Shown here: piece after piece, positions 1 through 10,964 of the stretch | Position numbering within the stretch: the first letter of the stretch is position 1 | How the letters are laid out: every line of letters begins with the position of its first letter | NCBI RefSeq assembly: GCF_006345805.1 | Contig: NW_021836094.1 | Location: 1-25,376 of the forward strand | Length of the DNA stretch: 25,376 nucleotides | Source: Octopus sinensis | Taxonomy: Eukaryota | Reading direction: 5' to 3' | Notes under the pieces: model-generated | Database searches by the model: none | What the model saw: the letters and a program-made list of their open reading frames with translations, nothing else | What the model was told of the DNA's origin: nothing | Made by a program: the position numbers and the translations under genes

Positions 1-53
1 AACGACGTAAGGAAATGATTTCAAATTATCACTATTTGGCTTAATTTCATTAT

Positions 54-120
54 TGTGCCCCGGCATGGCCGATGCCTTCGGGCTTAAAAATTTTTAAGGA
101 TTTAAGGATTTAAGGATTTA
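54..120 (+). mobile_element. 3' tail of SINE/LINE (tail class A) ending in (AAGGATTT)x3
   Basis: gtgccccggcatggccg matches the gtgc(t/c)ccagcatggcc(g/a) tail motif at 12935, 14691 and 6441-6463; it is followed by an 8-mer tandem tail that runs into (TATG)n. Confidence 0.6.
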
Positions 121-350
121 TGTATGCATGTATGTATGTATGTATGTATGTATGTATGTATGTATGCATTTATGTATGTATGTATGTATGTATGTATGTA
201 TGTATGCATGCATGTATGTATGTATGTATATATGTATGTATGTATATATGTATGTATGCATTTATGTATGTATGTATGTATGTATGTATGTATGCATGCA
301 TGTATGTATGTATGTATGTATGTATGTATGTATGTATGTGTGTATGTATG
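119..350. repeat. (TATG)n microsatellite
   Basis: Read directly; explains the ORFs between 102 and 385. Confidence 0.98.
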
Positions 351-372
351 TATTTTACCATATCGTGACAAC

Positions 373-789
373 ACATAGGTATTAAGTCGATTACATCGAC
401 CCCAGTGCGTAACTGGTACTTAATTTATCGACCCCGAAAGGATGAAAGGCAAAGTCGACCTCGGCGGAATTTGAACTCACAACGTAAGGCAGACGAAATA
501 CCTATTTCTTTACTACCCACAAGGGGCTAAACACAGAGGGGACAAACGAGGACAGACATAGGTATTAAGTCGATTACATCGACCCCAGTGCGTAACTGAT
601 ACTTAATTTATCGACCCCGAAAGGATGAAAGGCAAAGTCGACCTCGGCGAAATTTGAACTCACAACGTAACGCAGACGAAATACCTATTTCTTTACTACC
701 CACAAGGGGCTAAACACAGAGGGGACAAACAAGGACAGACATAAGTGTTAAGTCGATTACATCGACCCCAGTGCGTAACTGATACTTAA
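373..789 (-). repeat. Tandem array of about 2.3 SINE-derived 183-bp units (class B SINE body and tail, tRNA head missing)
   Basis: acata(g/a)gt unit starts at 373, 556 and 739; the reverse complement matches the SINE at 13197-13413 (gaggtcgactttgcctttcatcctttcgg...cttgtggg...taaagaaata). Confidence 0.92.
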
Positions 790-984
790 ACAAACAGTAA
801 AAATACCAGACCAGTGTAGAGATAAATCTGTGTATGACACATGTCATAATAAAATATATATAAGACAAGTGTGAGGATTAATATTTATACGACATATGTC
901 ATAAAAATATACGTCATATATTTATGACATATTCGTCCGTTATTCAGAAAACAGTCTCTGGCCACTTTGGACTATTTTGACCAT

Positions 985-1190
985 TTATCTTTAACTTCTT
1001 TCAGTCATTAGAGTACGGCCATGCTGGGGCACCTGCTCGAGGAACTTTTATTTTAAAGAATCGATCTCAATATTTGCCCTTTTTTTGCTTGTTCTAAAGC
1101 TTGGTACGTATTCTGTCTGGCTCTTTGCTGAACCGCTTAGTTATAGAGACGTAAACACACCTACACTTACAAAAACATGCACACACACAT
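985..1190 (-). mobile_element. SINE class A, 3' half, diverged
   Basis: Reverse complement contains gtgtttacgtctctataactaagcggttcagcaaaga and ggtgccccagcatggccg, matching 14590-14740. Confidence 0.75.
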
Positions 1191-1197
1191 GCACGTA

Positions 1198-1227
1198 TAT
1201 ATCTATCTATCTCCCCCCCTCTCTCAG

Positions 1228-1260
<33 letters not shown>

Positions 1261-1293
1261 GATCTATCTATCTATCTATCATCTATCTTATTC

Positions 1294-1374
<81 letters not shown>

Positions 1375-1508
1375 CTATCTATCTATCTATCTAATCTATC
1401 TATCTATCTATCTATCTATCTCTATCTATCTATCTATCTATCTAATCTATCTTCTACTATCTATCTATCTATCTATCTATCTCTATCTAATCTATCTATC
1501 TATCTATC

Positions 1509-1543
<35 letters not shown>

Positions 1544-1612
1544 CTTTCTTCTTTCTTCTATCTATCTATCTATCTATTATCGATCTATCTATCTCTTTCT
1601 TTCTTTCTTTCT

Positions 1613-1684
<72 letters not shown>
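1198..1684. repeat. (TCTA)n compound microsatellite
   Basis: Read directly. Confidence 0.98.
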
Positions 1685-1938
1685 AAATTTTGGGTATGGT
1701 AGACGACTTCAGCAAAAATGTAGATTCAGATGAATATGGTACTTAAGTTGAGGCACCAGAATTTACTACGGTATTATCCATACAATTTCAAAGTAAGGTG
1801 ATTAAAATCAAAATAAGCAACAAGGATATCCAGACGTTATGCAGTACGATCGTTTCATGCAACTCCATTTAATTGAACAATGCAATCATTACATCAATTT
1901 AAAATGCAGAGCAATCTTCAGCTGCACAGACATAATTA

Positions 1939-2112
<174 letters not shown>

Positions 2113-2115
2113 CAT

Positions 2116-2260
2116 TCGACGGACTACGTTCAATTTCTGTCTACCAAATCCATTCGCAAGGCTTTGGTCAAACCGAGGCTTTACTAGAAGACAACTGCCC
2201 AAGGAGCCACGCAGAGGGACCGAGCGCTGAACTATGCGATTGGAAAGCAATGAAGTTTAA
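2116..2260 (-). mobile_element. SINE class A, 5' half, diverged
   Basis: Reverse complement ctgcgtggctccttgggcagttgtcttctagtaaagcctcgg...ggatttggtagacagaaattgaa aligns to 14390-14480. Confidence 0.8.
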
Positions 2261-2733
2261 TTTTCTTTTTAGAGTGAATAAATGAAAAAAATTGCAAACA
2301 AAATCGTTTTAAAAAATTTAGAAAAAAATAAATATATATTTAAAAAAAGGAAAAAATAAATTTGAAACGAAAATTTCTTGCCACACACGCCTATGGCTCC
2401 CCTTGTTTAGAATATGTAAATTACCTAGGACATGTATGTTTTCCACTTTTCTTTCGTATAAGATGATATAGCTGTCCTTCGGCCACTTTACAATCAGAAA
2501 CATGTTAACGACAGCCCTTTCGTCTTGAATCGATATGCCTCTCCTGTCTAAAATGGCGTGGAGAAATGTTTGATACTTGAAATTCGCTCCCTTCTCATGC
2601 ATGGCTGGTCAAATTGCTACCTGATTATTATAAAACATCCCCAAGAATTTACGTAGAATATTATATACATACGCTTGTCTGTGTCTTTCTTTCTCTCCTT
2701 CTCTCTCTCTCTTTCTATGTATATATATATATA

Positions 2734-3355
2734 CTAGCAGTATCGCCCGGCGTTGCTCGGGTTTGTAAGGGAAATAACTATATAAGCATTTTTAGAGAGT
2801 TATAGCCAAAAAATAGCAAAAAATGGAAAAATATGATGGTAAATTTTTTTAAAAATCGTTGACTCATCGTAGACATTTTTAGAGAGTTACTTCCCTTATA
2901 TATAGCGAAAAATGCATTAAAATGGAAAAAAAACGATGGTAAATTTTTTTTTAAATCGTAGACTCATGTAGACGCTTCTTAGCCATTTCTGTTTTGGTGT
3001 CTTCAAGCCATGAAGTCGTTGTTCTAAAAGAACACTGGTCTCCTTGACAACGCATTACGACGTTGATTTCCTTACACTCCCTTCCCCACAGGTGCAGGTG
3101 TGAGCGTGGACGCCAACTCCGCCGCCATCGACACACGAAAAATTTATGCATTAAAATGGAATAAAAAATGATGTTAAATTATTTTTAAAATCGTAGACTC
3201 ATCGTAGACGCGCGCTAATATTCAGACGGGCTCGATATGAATCACGACTATAAGCTACCCGAATTTGGTTAAACTGTACCGCAAAATGTGGGTAGTTAGG
3301 AATCTAAATCGAAGGGGACAGACACTCACACAACTACAGTTTTTATATATATAGA
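2734..3355 (-). mobile_element. Non-autonomous Helitron (622 bp)
   Basis: On the minus strand it begins TC(TATATATATAAAAAC) at 3355 and ends with hairpin cccgagcaacgccggg (2746-2761) 12 nt before terminal CTAG (2734-2737). Flanks are A and T. These are canonical Helitron hallmarks. Three internal subrepeats contain ...aaatcgtagactcatcgtagac. Confidence 0.85.
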
Positions 3356-3356
3356 T

Positions 3357-3735
3357 ATACAGCGCAGTAGTGGTGAGATATGACAGCAAAGAAAAGCATA
3401 CATTCACTCTCTGCATGCAATTAGACTCGGAAAGTTCGTGAGGAACCCATTGACCCAATTTGCTGTCTTTTCCGATAGCACACAGGTATCAATGAATGGT
3501 TGAATGACCAAATCCAAGCTTCTCTGCTAGTTCCTCAACAGTTACGATGATATTTTGTTCCACCAGGGTTTTCAGGATGTCCTTGTCGAGTTCTACAGAT
3601 CTTTCAGGATGAGGCTCGTCTTCTAGGCTGTAGTTTATGGCTCGGGATTTCTGGAACCACCATTGACACTGCCTTACGCTTATTGTCCAATCCCCATATA
3701 CTGCATTAATATTTCTTGTACTTTGCACACATTTA
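3357..3735 (-). mobile_element. Decayed mariner (Tc1/mariner) transposase, N-terminal HTH region through WVPHEL
   Basis: One frame reads STRNINAVYGDWTISVRQCQWWFQKSRAINYSLEDEPHPERSVELDKDILKTLVEQNIIVTVEELAEKLGFGHSTIH*YLCAIGKDSKLGQWVPHELSESNCMQRVNVCFSLLS. WVPHEL is the mariner signature; there is one in-frame stop and the catalytic domain is absent. Confidence 0.93.
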
Positions 3736-3744
3736 TATTCTGTT

Positions 3745-3790
3745 ATTCTTTTATATGTTTCAGCCTTGAGGTTGTGGCCATGCTGGATCA
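3745..3790 (-). mobile_element. Isolated class A SINE/LINE 3' tail
   Basis: Reverse complement ccagcatggccacaacctcaaggctgaaacatataaaagaataa. Confidence 0.65.
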
Positions 3791-3904
3791 TGTGTGTGTG
3801 TGTCTATCTGTCTTATGTCTATATGTATGTGTATGTATGTGTGAACAATAATATTTTCAACAGATGTGTTGCAAATGTATCTGATTGTTCTCAAGCTTCA
3901 ATAC

Positions 3905-3942
3905 TGTGTGTGTGTGTATGTGTGTGTGTGTATGTATGTATG

Positions 3943-3974
<32 letters not shown>

Positions 3975-4067
3975 TGTGTGTATGTATGTATGTGTGTGTG
4001 TGTATGTGTGTGGTGTGTGTGTATGTATGTATGTATGTATGTATATGTATGTATGTATGTATGTATG
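3905..4067. repeat. (TG)/(TATG) microsatellite
   Basis: Read directly. Confidence 0.97.
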
Positions 4068-4178
4068 AGTGTATGTTTACTTTATTACTAATTACTCTCT
4101 TCCAAGAACATTTTCACTCACTCTTAGCTCTTAGCTTCCCATACATTTTACTCATGTATCTATCAGCGTCATGGACAG

Positions 4179-4487
4179 AATACTTTCACTTTAGTCTTCC
4201 TCAAATCTCTCTGTCGCTATTTACTTTCATTTTATTCGTTGCCCACTGTGTGTGTGCGTTTGCGTGTTGGTGTAAACCAGACTAAGAAAGCATTTGACAC
4301 ACACACCAGAATGTGAGTTTTCTGTAAATTTTGCTTAATTGGAGTTTAATTTAAAAACTGGACCTGGCATGACGCGATGCATTGTACTCTCAAAACTGCT
4401 AGGTAAATTGTAATTGAAGAAATCCTATATTGTAGATTTGTATAACTCCCAAAGGGAGGCAGATAAAATCTGCCTTTTATAATAAAG

Positions 4488-4488
<1 letters not shown>
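4179..4488 (-). mobile_element. Helitron 5' terminal segment (about 310 bp), homologous to 19943-20256
   Basis: Long co-linear match to 19943-20256. The minus strand starts A|TC(TTTATTATAAAA) and has the hairpin aggcagat-aaa-atctgcct at 4457-4475; the flank is (TA)n. Confidence 0.8.
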
Positions 4489-4537
<49 letters not shown>

Positions 4538-4653
4538 TATGGTTTAAGCAATTAAGATTCAAATGAGTCTATTGAATCACCAGAATATGGTACTTGACTT
4601 GGATGCACCAAAATCTATTGCTGTTAACCATACGATAATAGGGGTGATTACAA

Positions 4654-4985
4654 ATAGGAAAAAAGCAACAAGAATGGATCAAAATATCGGTACAATTGTT
4701 TCATACGAAGACATCTTTAATAAGGCTACAAAAATCGCAGAAAAATAAAAATTGCAGTAAATATAAAAGTGGAAAATTTGTAAATTTTCCACTTTTATAG
4801 AACTCTCCATGATGTTTCACGATTGTAACATTACCCCCTTTGATGTTTGGAAATCTCGGATGTTTTTTCGGCTGATGAGTACGAGCCATCTATATTTACT
4901 GCAATTTTTGTAGCCTTATTAAAGATGTCTTCGTATGAAACAATTGTACCGATATTTTGATCCATTCTTGTTGCTTTTTTCCTAT
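4654..4985. repeat. Inverted duplication (arms ~4654-4765 and 4891-4985) with an internal perfect 18-bp hairpin at 4762-4799
   Basis: ataggaaaaaagcaacaagaatggatc...aaggctacaaaaat is the reverse complement of 4905-4985; the hairpin is tataaaagtggaaaattt-gt-aaattttccacttttata. Confidence 0.93.
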
Positions 4986-5001
4986 ATATATATATATATA
5001 G

Positions 5002-5035
<34 letters not shown>

Positions 5036-5877
5036 CAAAGAGTCCATACAAATCAAAACTTATGGCTAAAATATGAACAGAAGTATACTTTAGAGAATGT
5101 TTCATATTTTTGTTACAGTGAGTGATTTAAAACTTAGCCGGTTATATATATATATTGCTGAGGGCATAAGAATTTTATAAAGTTTCCAAGGAGATGACAA
5201 CTTTTATAAGGATTAACATTGCTCAAAGCACATCACATACAGCTACAAAGAATAGCATAAAAATATTAGGTTGACAGAAAATATGGATAGAAAAGGTCGG
5301 GGTACACGAACCACAGGAGAGACGGCTTCGTGTCCAACGGGCAGACTTCGTTTTCTTTCTATCCAAACAAATCTTTCAACCCAATATTTAAATCCTATTT
5401 ATTTTTTTTGCTGTATGCGATGTACTTCGAGAACCGTCACTCCTTATAAGGGTTATGTATAATATATATGCATGTGTGTGTTCATATGTCTTCACACACA
5501 TACACATGTATGTATGTATGGTGTGTATGTATATATGTATGTATAAATGAATGTATGTATGTATTTTTCATTAAATATTATTGAAGTTCTTCGTGAGAGA
5601 TTTCAAACCGGTTCGCTCGCAAAGTGACCAGACTCTTTGATTTAAGGTGGCCCCGACATTTGTAAATATTTGGTCGAATTGATGTGTTGGTTGAACAGTC
5701 GATGCATATACTCAAATGTGTACATATATTCGCATAAGAACCTCAGATAGAGAATTTTTGAACTGTCTTAAAAATCTAGGATGTGCCGCTGATAGATTGG
5801 ACCTGGAGAAGCCGAGTCCATTTCTTTTACTCTTTCTTCGATTATTTAAGTATGTACACATGTATATATATATACAT

Positions 5878-6215
5878 GAGAAAGTAAGGAGGGATGTCAG
5901 GAAGGGTATCGCTGTTACACTTCCAGAAGGGAAGGGTCTTCCTTTGATTCTGACATGCAATGTCTGTGCAAGACCCTGCCTCAGTAAAGCTGGACTCAAG
6001 AGTCATCTTCGTAGTCATAAAACGAGACAGATGAGTGACAACCTGGCCACTGGTGGTGGTGTAACACACCATACTAATCATATCTGTCGGGCATGTGGAA
6101 GAGAGTGTAATTCGGCAGGAGGACTTAAACGACATGCAAAGGTACATGAAGCCCAGTTACAACTACAGCCGGCTATTACCGTTAAAGGTTTTAGTTGTCA
6201 ATTTTGTACAATTTT
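5878..6215 (+). mobile_element. C2H2 zinc-finger coding fragment, probably the C-terminus of an RTE-clade LINE ORF
   Basis: Fingers LTCNVCARPCLSKAGLKSHLRSH and HICRACGRECNSAGGLKRHAKVH, plus a truncated FSCQFC. The CxxCxRxCxSxxGLxSHxRxH spacing, preceded by KVRRDVRKGI, resembles RTE C-termini. No TGEKP linkers. Family assignment is from recall. Confidence 0.6.
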
Positions 6216-6404
6216 GTATCATATGTTCAAGGACATTCTAGTTTGTTCTATATCTTCCACAAATGCATCGTGTTGTTTAATAGTTAACAGCTCTGAATAA
6301 TTCATTTTCAACCGTCAACTTGTTGTTTAGTTTGTGTTGGTGTATATAGCTCCCTCTTGTCAATGTTTTATACAGATTAGACTAAGTTGAAGACGTTCAA
6401 TATG

Positions 6405-6900
6405 AAACATTTTATTTTCATTTAGTTTCAGATCACGAGCTGTGGCCATGCTGGGGCACCGCCATTTGGTGTTGCTACGTAATTTTACTTCACGAATGCG
6501 TTTTAGCAATTGACATTTGGTGCATGAGAGAGTTTTGTTGCATGACAGCTGCCCTCATCTGCACCTCCTGCCGCGAAGTTGGTTCATCTGGGACACCTGA
6601 CAGGATGAGGTCCAGCTTTATTTCGAAGACACCTACATCCACCCCATGCAGGTCTCTCAGGTGCTTCGGGAGGATATTGCAGAGCTGTGGACCTCTGAAG
6701 CCCAGGCTTTTGCAGTATCTTGTCCTAGATCTTGATGGCAAATTTGGAGTCCTTGGCACTATGCTGTGGCGCCCAGTTCTAGTACTTGTGTAACTCTCGA
6801 TGCCAAAGTTTGGGACAAGTCCTTCCAGGATCTTCCAGATGTATATTATGGCATATCTTTCTCGCCTAATAGAGTCTTAATCTCTTGAGTCTTTCCCATT
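6405..6900 (-). mobile_element. CR1-group LINE 3' fragment (end of ORF2 plus 3' UTR)
   Basis: WERLKRLRLY / RRERYAIIYIWKILEGLVPNFGIESYTSTRTGRHSIVPRTPNLPSRSRTRYCKSLGFRGPQLCNILPKHLRDLHGVDVGVFEIKLDLILSGVPDEP. The ERL..L.L / RR.R...I..KIL.G and F..KLD..L motifs are typical of CR1-group ORF2 ends. Stop at 6490; a deletion or frameshift lies near 6870. Confidence 0.85.
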
Positions 6901-7601
6901 GTGTAAATTTATTTGGAAAATAATGCGCTTTCTACTTTGTTGTAGCTGCTTTTGTTGTTGATGTATTAGCTGTTGTTACTGATGACGTTCCATACATTAA
7001 TGAAGAAAGATTATTCTACCGCTACTTCTATTTAATTTGTTCCGTTACATTGTATTAATCAATCATTTGATATTTAAGAGAAATACCTGGTCTTTATCGG
7101 ATAATGTATAGGCGTTCATGTTAATAACATACACATATACTTGCATGTGTATGTTCACATACGTATATATATATGTGTGTCTGTGTGTGTGTAGCGAATA
7201 CAACACAGCTTATATTCTGAAAGTAAATTACGCAATCAAATTCAAATGCTTCTTAGTCAAATTGGATTACATCAAGTTAAATGTTACATGTGCCATCACA
7301 ATTTTATTCCGTTCTTGATCTCTGCTCGTCGAACGAGAACGTGAAACCCTGAGTAGCGGTTTTTGTGACGCTTTTGCAGCGTTAAGAATTTTAAAAAATA
7401 TATTACTTTACCTTCGGTATTCGAGAACTTTGGCTTCACTAATTAATGAGCTAATAACGATTTCAGAGTTTGAATTAAGGCGAGCAACGTTTATATATAT
7501 ATGTGTGGATATATGTATACATGCAAAACGAGAGAAAGCAGAAGGTGGATACCTTGAGATGATGTACCTGTATGTATAAATATACATACATGTATAAATA
7601 T

Positions 7602-7903
7602 ATCACCGTGACCGACCAGGCTATCAGATGTTGCTACACATCGCTGGTCACAATGCGCTTCGCATTGTTTTAGCCTTCAAATGACGTCACCCCGATGGCT
7701 AAGCGAGCAGGCCAACGGAAGAAAAGGTGACAGAAAGTTGCGGCGAAAGAGTACAGCAGGGGTCTCCACCACCTCCTGCCGGAGCCTCGTGGAGCTTTAG
7801 GTGTTTTCGCTCAATAAACACACACAACGCCCGGTCTGGGAATCGAAACCGCGATCCTACAACCGCGAGTCCGCTGCCCTAACCACTGGGCCATAGCGCT
7901 TCC
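7602..7903 (-). mobile_element. Full-length tRNA-derived SINE (tail class C)
   Basis: Minus strand ggaagcgctatggcccagtggttagggcagcggactcgcgg...ggtttcgattcccagacc has A box (tggcccagtgg) and B box (ggtttcgattccc); the tail is shared with 24711-24788. Confidence 0.88.
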
Positions 7904-7977
7904 GCATAAATATATATTTGTGTTTATATTAAGAGATCGACCTTACACAGAATACCTAACAACAGAGACAATTTCAT

Positions 7978-8107
7978 TTGTTTTAGTTATTAGACTGTGG
8001 CCATACTGGTGAGGCACAGCCTTGAAGAATTTTTAGTCGAATGAATCGACTTCATTACTTACTGCTATTTTGTTTTGTTTTTTTTAAAGTCTGGTACATA
8101 TTCTATC
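7978..8107 (-). mobile_element. SINE class A, 3' half, diverged
   Basis: Reverse complement has gatagaatatgtaccagacttt, gtcgattcattcgactaaaaa and ccagtatggccacagtctaat. Confidence 0.7.
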
Positions 8108-8324
8108 GGCCTGCGCCGTTCTCCAATGAGTGTTTGGCTGTTTGGTCAACTGGATTACCTGCTCCTGAATGAGCCGGTAGGACGACAGAGAGTCCCGCCG
8201 TGATCTGACCCTGAAACGTAATTCTCAAGAAAAATTAGCGCTATACACAGTATATATGTGTGTGTGTGTGTTTGTGTGTATGTAACAAGGTTGAATATTC
8301 GAAATTACAGGTACAATCCACTCG

Positions 8325-8475
8325 ACGAGTGGGCTTCTATATAGTTTCCGTGAACCCAAGGCGTCAGTCGATCCGGGGCTATAGAAAAATCGCAAATTCA
8401 TGACCTGTTACGTAATTCGTGTCAAACCCGGGACCAAGTGACTGTGAAACGATCGTCTTTATTATGAAGCCATAC
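8325..8475 (-). mobile_element. Highly diverged SINE class A head
   Basis: Reverse complement includes ttctatagccccggatcgactgacgccttgggttcacggaaact. Confidence 0.5.
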
Positions 8476-8959
8476 AAGTGGCTATACACATCAGACTCTC
8501 AAGCACACACACACACACCTACACACAGACATACACTCAATACACACACATATACACACAAACGCAAGCACACTCAAACACACATACACACACATAATTA
8601 CTGAAATATCATTAAGCGTATAATGCCAACCATATTATATAATGCTTGCAGCAAAGGAATAAATTTGTTAAAATGTAAATGAATTTTCGCAGCTCGTCTA
8701 AGCTTTTAATCTTGTTCTTTTTCTTCCAAGAAAAACGAATTATTTCAAGCCTTAAAAATTATTAACCATAATAGGAATCCATAAGTATAATTGCCGCAAA
8801 TAGAGATAGCTAATAACTTTACGTGTCGGCTTACTGAGGAAGACGGAAACATCGAGAAGTATTGTGATATCCAGAAGCAATATCAGGATTCTTTAATACT
8901 GGACAAATTCTTCTGCTTTTAAATATACCCTTTAGTAGTATGTTTTATGTGAATTAACA

Positions 8960-9003
8960 TATTATTATTATTATTAGAATTATTATTACTGTTATTGTTG
9001 TTG

Positions 9004-9059
<56 letters not shown>

Positions 9060-9110
9060 GTTATTATTATTATATTATTATCATTATTACTATTATTATT
9101 ATTATTATTA

Positions 9111-9175
<65 letters not shown>

Positions 9176-9232
9176 TGTTATAATAATAATAATAATAATA
9201 ATAATAATTATTATTATTATTATCATTATTAC

Positions 9233-9275
<43 letters not shown>

Positions 9276-9311
9276 ATTATTATTATTATTATATTATTAT
9301 TATTATTATTA

Positions 9312-9342
<31 letters not shown>

Positions 9343-9385
9343 ATAATAATAATAATTATTATTATTATTATTATTATCATTATCA
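8960..9385. repeat. (TTA)n microsatellite with internal (TAA)n flips
   Basis: Read directly; flips at about 9181-9207 and 9341-9355. Confidence 0.98.
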
Positions 9386-9439
9386 TTTTCGCCACATATT
9401 CCGTTGATTTCACGTCTTTTGTTTTTTTTCGTAAACCTT

Positions 9440-9487
<48 letters not shown>

Positions 9488-10444
9488 TCTCTTTTAATCT
9501 TTTACACGCTTGAGCCCTATAGCTGTGGTCATGCTGGTTTTTTATATATATACTTACACCCTCAAACATTTGTGCCCATGATATTCTTCAGTGCCTTCAG
9601 GACTCATACGAAGACAAAAAAGGAAGAAATTTTGTGGTCATTGATTACTTGGCCAGAATCTCTGCAACTCGGTGGTCTCCGTAAAAGGCAACCCTTCACC
9701 AGAACCTGGTTTTTGAAGTCAGCAACATGCCATGTCTACCACTTTCAGTCTTGTCGACGTTAGTTTGGTAAAAATATTGTTTAAATGTAAACGTTTAACG
9801 GGAAGTAAATACGCTGGTGGGTTTTTATTAAAAGCTTAGAATTTATTGCTTTTCTTTACTTGCTGTGCAAGTTACATGCGCACATCTGACAGAGATATGG
9901 AGATACATGTGTATATCTGCCAAAAAACAAAATCCCCCCAAACTGATTTTTGTTTTTGCGTCGTTGTACACTTTTCAGGTTTATTTTATTTCTTTTCTTT
10001 TCTTGTATGTTATATAGAATTGTGAGATATTAGTTTTGTTTCTTACCCATCTATATTAATCCATTCCAGTATTATATGCATTAACTCGAAAAAATATTCT
10101 TATCATAGTATTTTATAGTTTTACATATTTCTTTCTCTTTTCACAATTTTTATTGTTTTCGATATCTCAATAAATTTTACCTTTTTTTCAGACATACAAA
10201 GTGGCATCAAAAAAACTTCCTGGATTTGTTATGTTTAATAAAAAGCAACTTATTTGCCTTTGTTTTAACATCACCTTCTTCGAAAAAGTCACATTGCGCA
10301 GCACTACACCCGTCCTAGAGCTCCTGTCACTTTTGGAATCCGGCCTGGAAGTCGTTCTTTTGTAAGCGAGTCTAAGACATTCTGCGATTCACTCTGTATC
10401 TCGACAGGTCGTGAAGCTGCCGTGGGGGACAATCATAACCCCAA

Positions 10445-10527
10445 AGCCCTCCACACACACACACACACATGAATAAACATATATATATACATACAAACAT
10501 ATATATGTATGAACGCTTACACGCATA

Positions 10528-10618
<91 letters not shown>
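10445..10618. repeat. (CA)/(TA)/(CT) compound microsatellite
   Basis: Read directly. Confidence 0.95.
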
Positions 10619-10621
<3 letters not shown>

Positions 10622-10964
10622 TACGAGAATTTTGATGACGATAAACTTTCGCTCGTATATGAGCTAAAGATTAATGAAATTTGGTATTGGATAAAAATTT
10701 CAGATATTTGTCTTAAACATTCAGACAAATTCATAATTCAGACGTATGACATGAGCTGTTATTTCATTCAAATAACCACATATTTATATTAAGACTCAGA
10801 TGATAAGTTTATAGAAATATAAGAATGTAAACATAAGAAACTATAAGGAGTACCATGAAAGTAGAAAATATAGTTAGAATAGATTAAAGGAGATTAAAAG
10901 GATCAATCCAAATCTACAGCCGTTTCAGAAAACTTTTTGTGAAACGGAAAAGTTTTTCTAAAAC

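Noticed and set aside
373-789. Regularly spaced repeats suggesting a CRISPR array
   Set aside because: Whole 183-bp units repeat with no unique spacers, the unit is SINE-derived, and the context is eukaryotic.
7830-7903. Possible tRNA gene
   Set aside because: A and B boxes are present but run into a SINE body and tail, with no convincing acceptor stem or T-run terminator.
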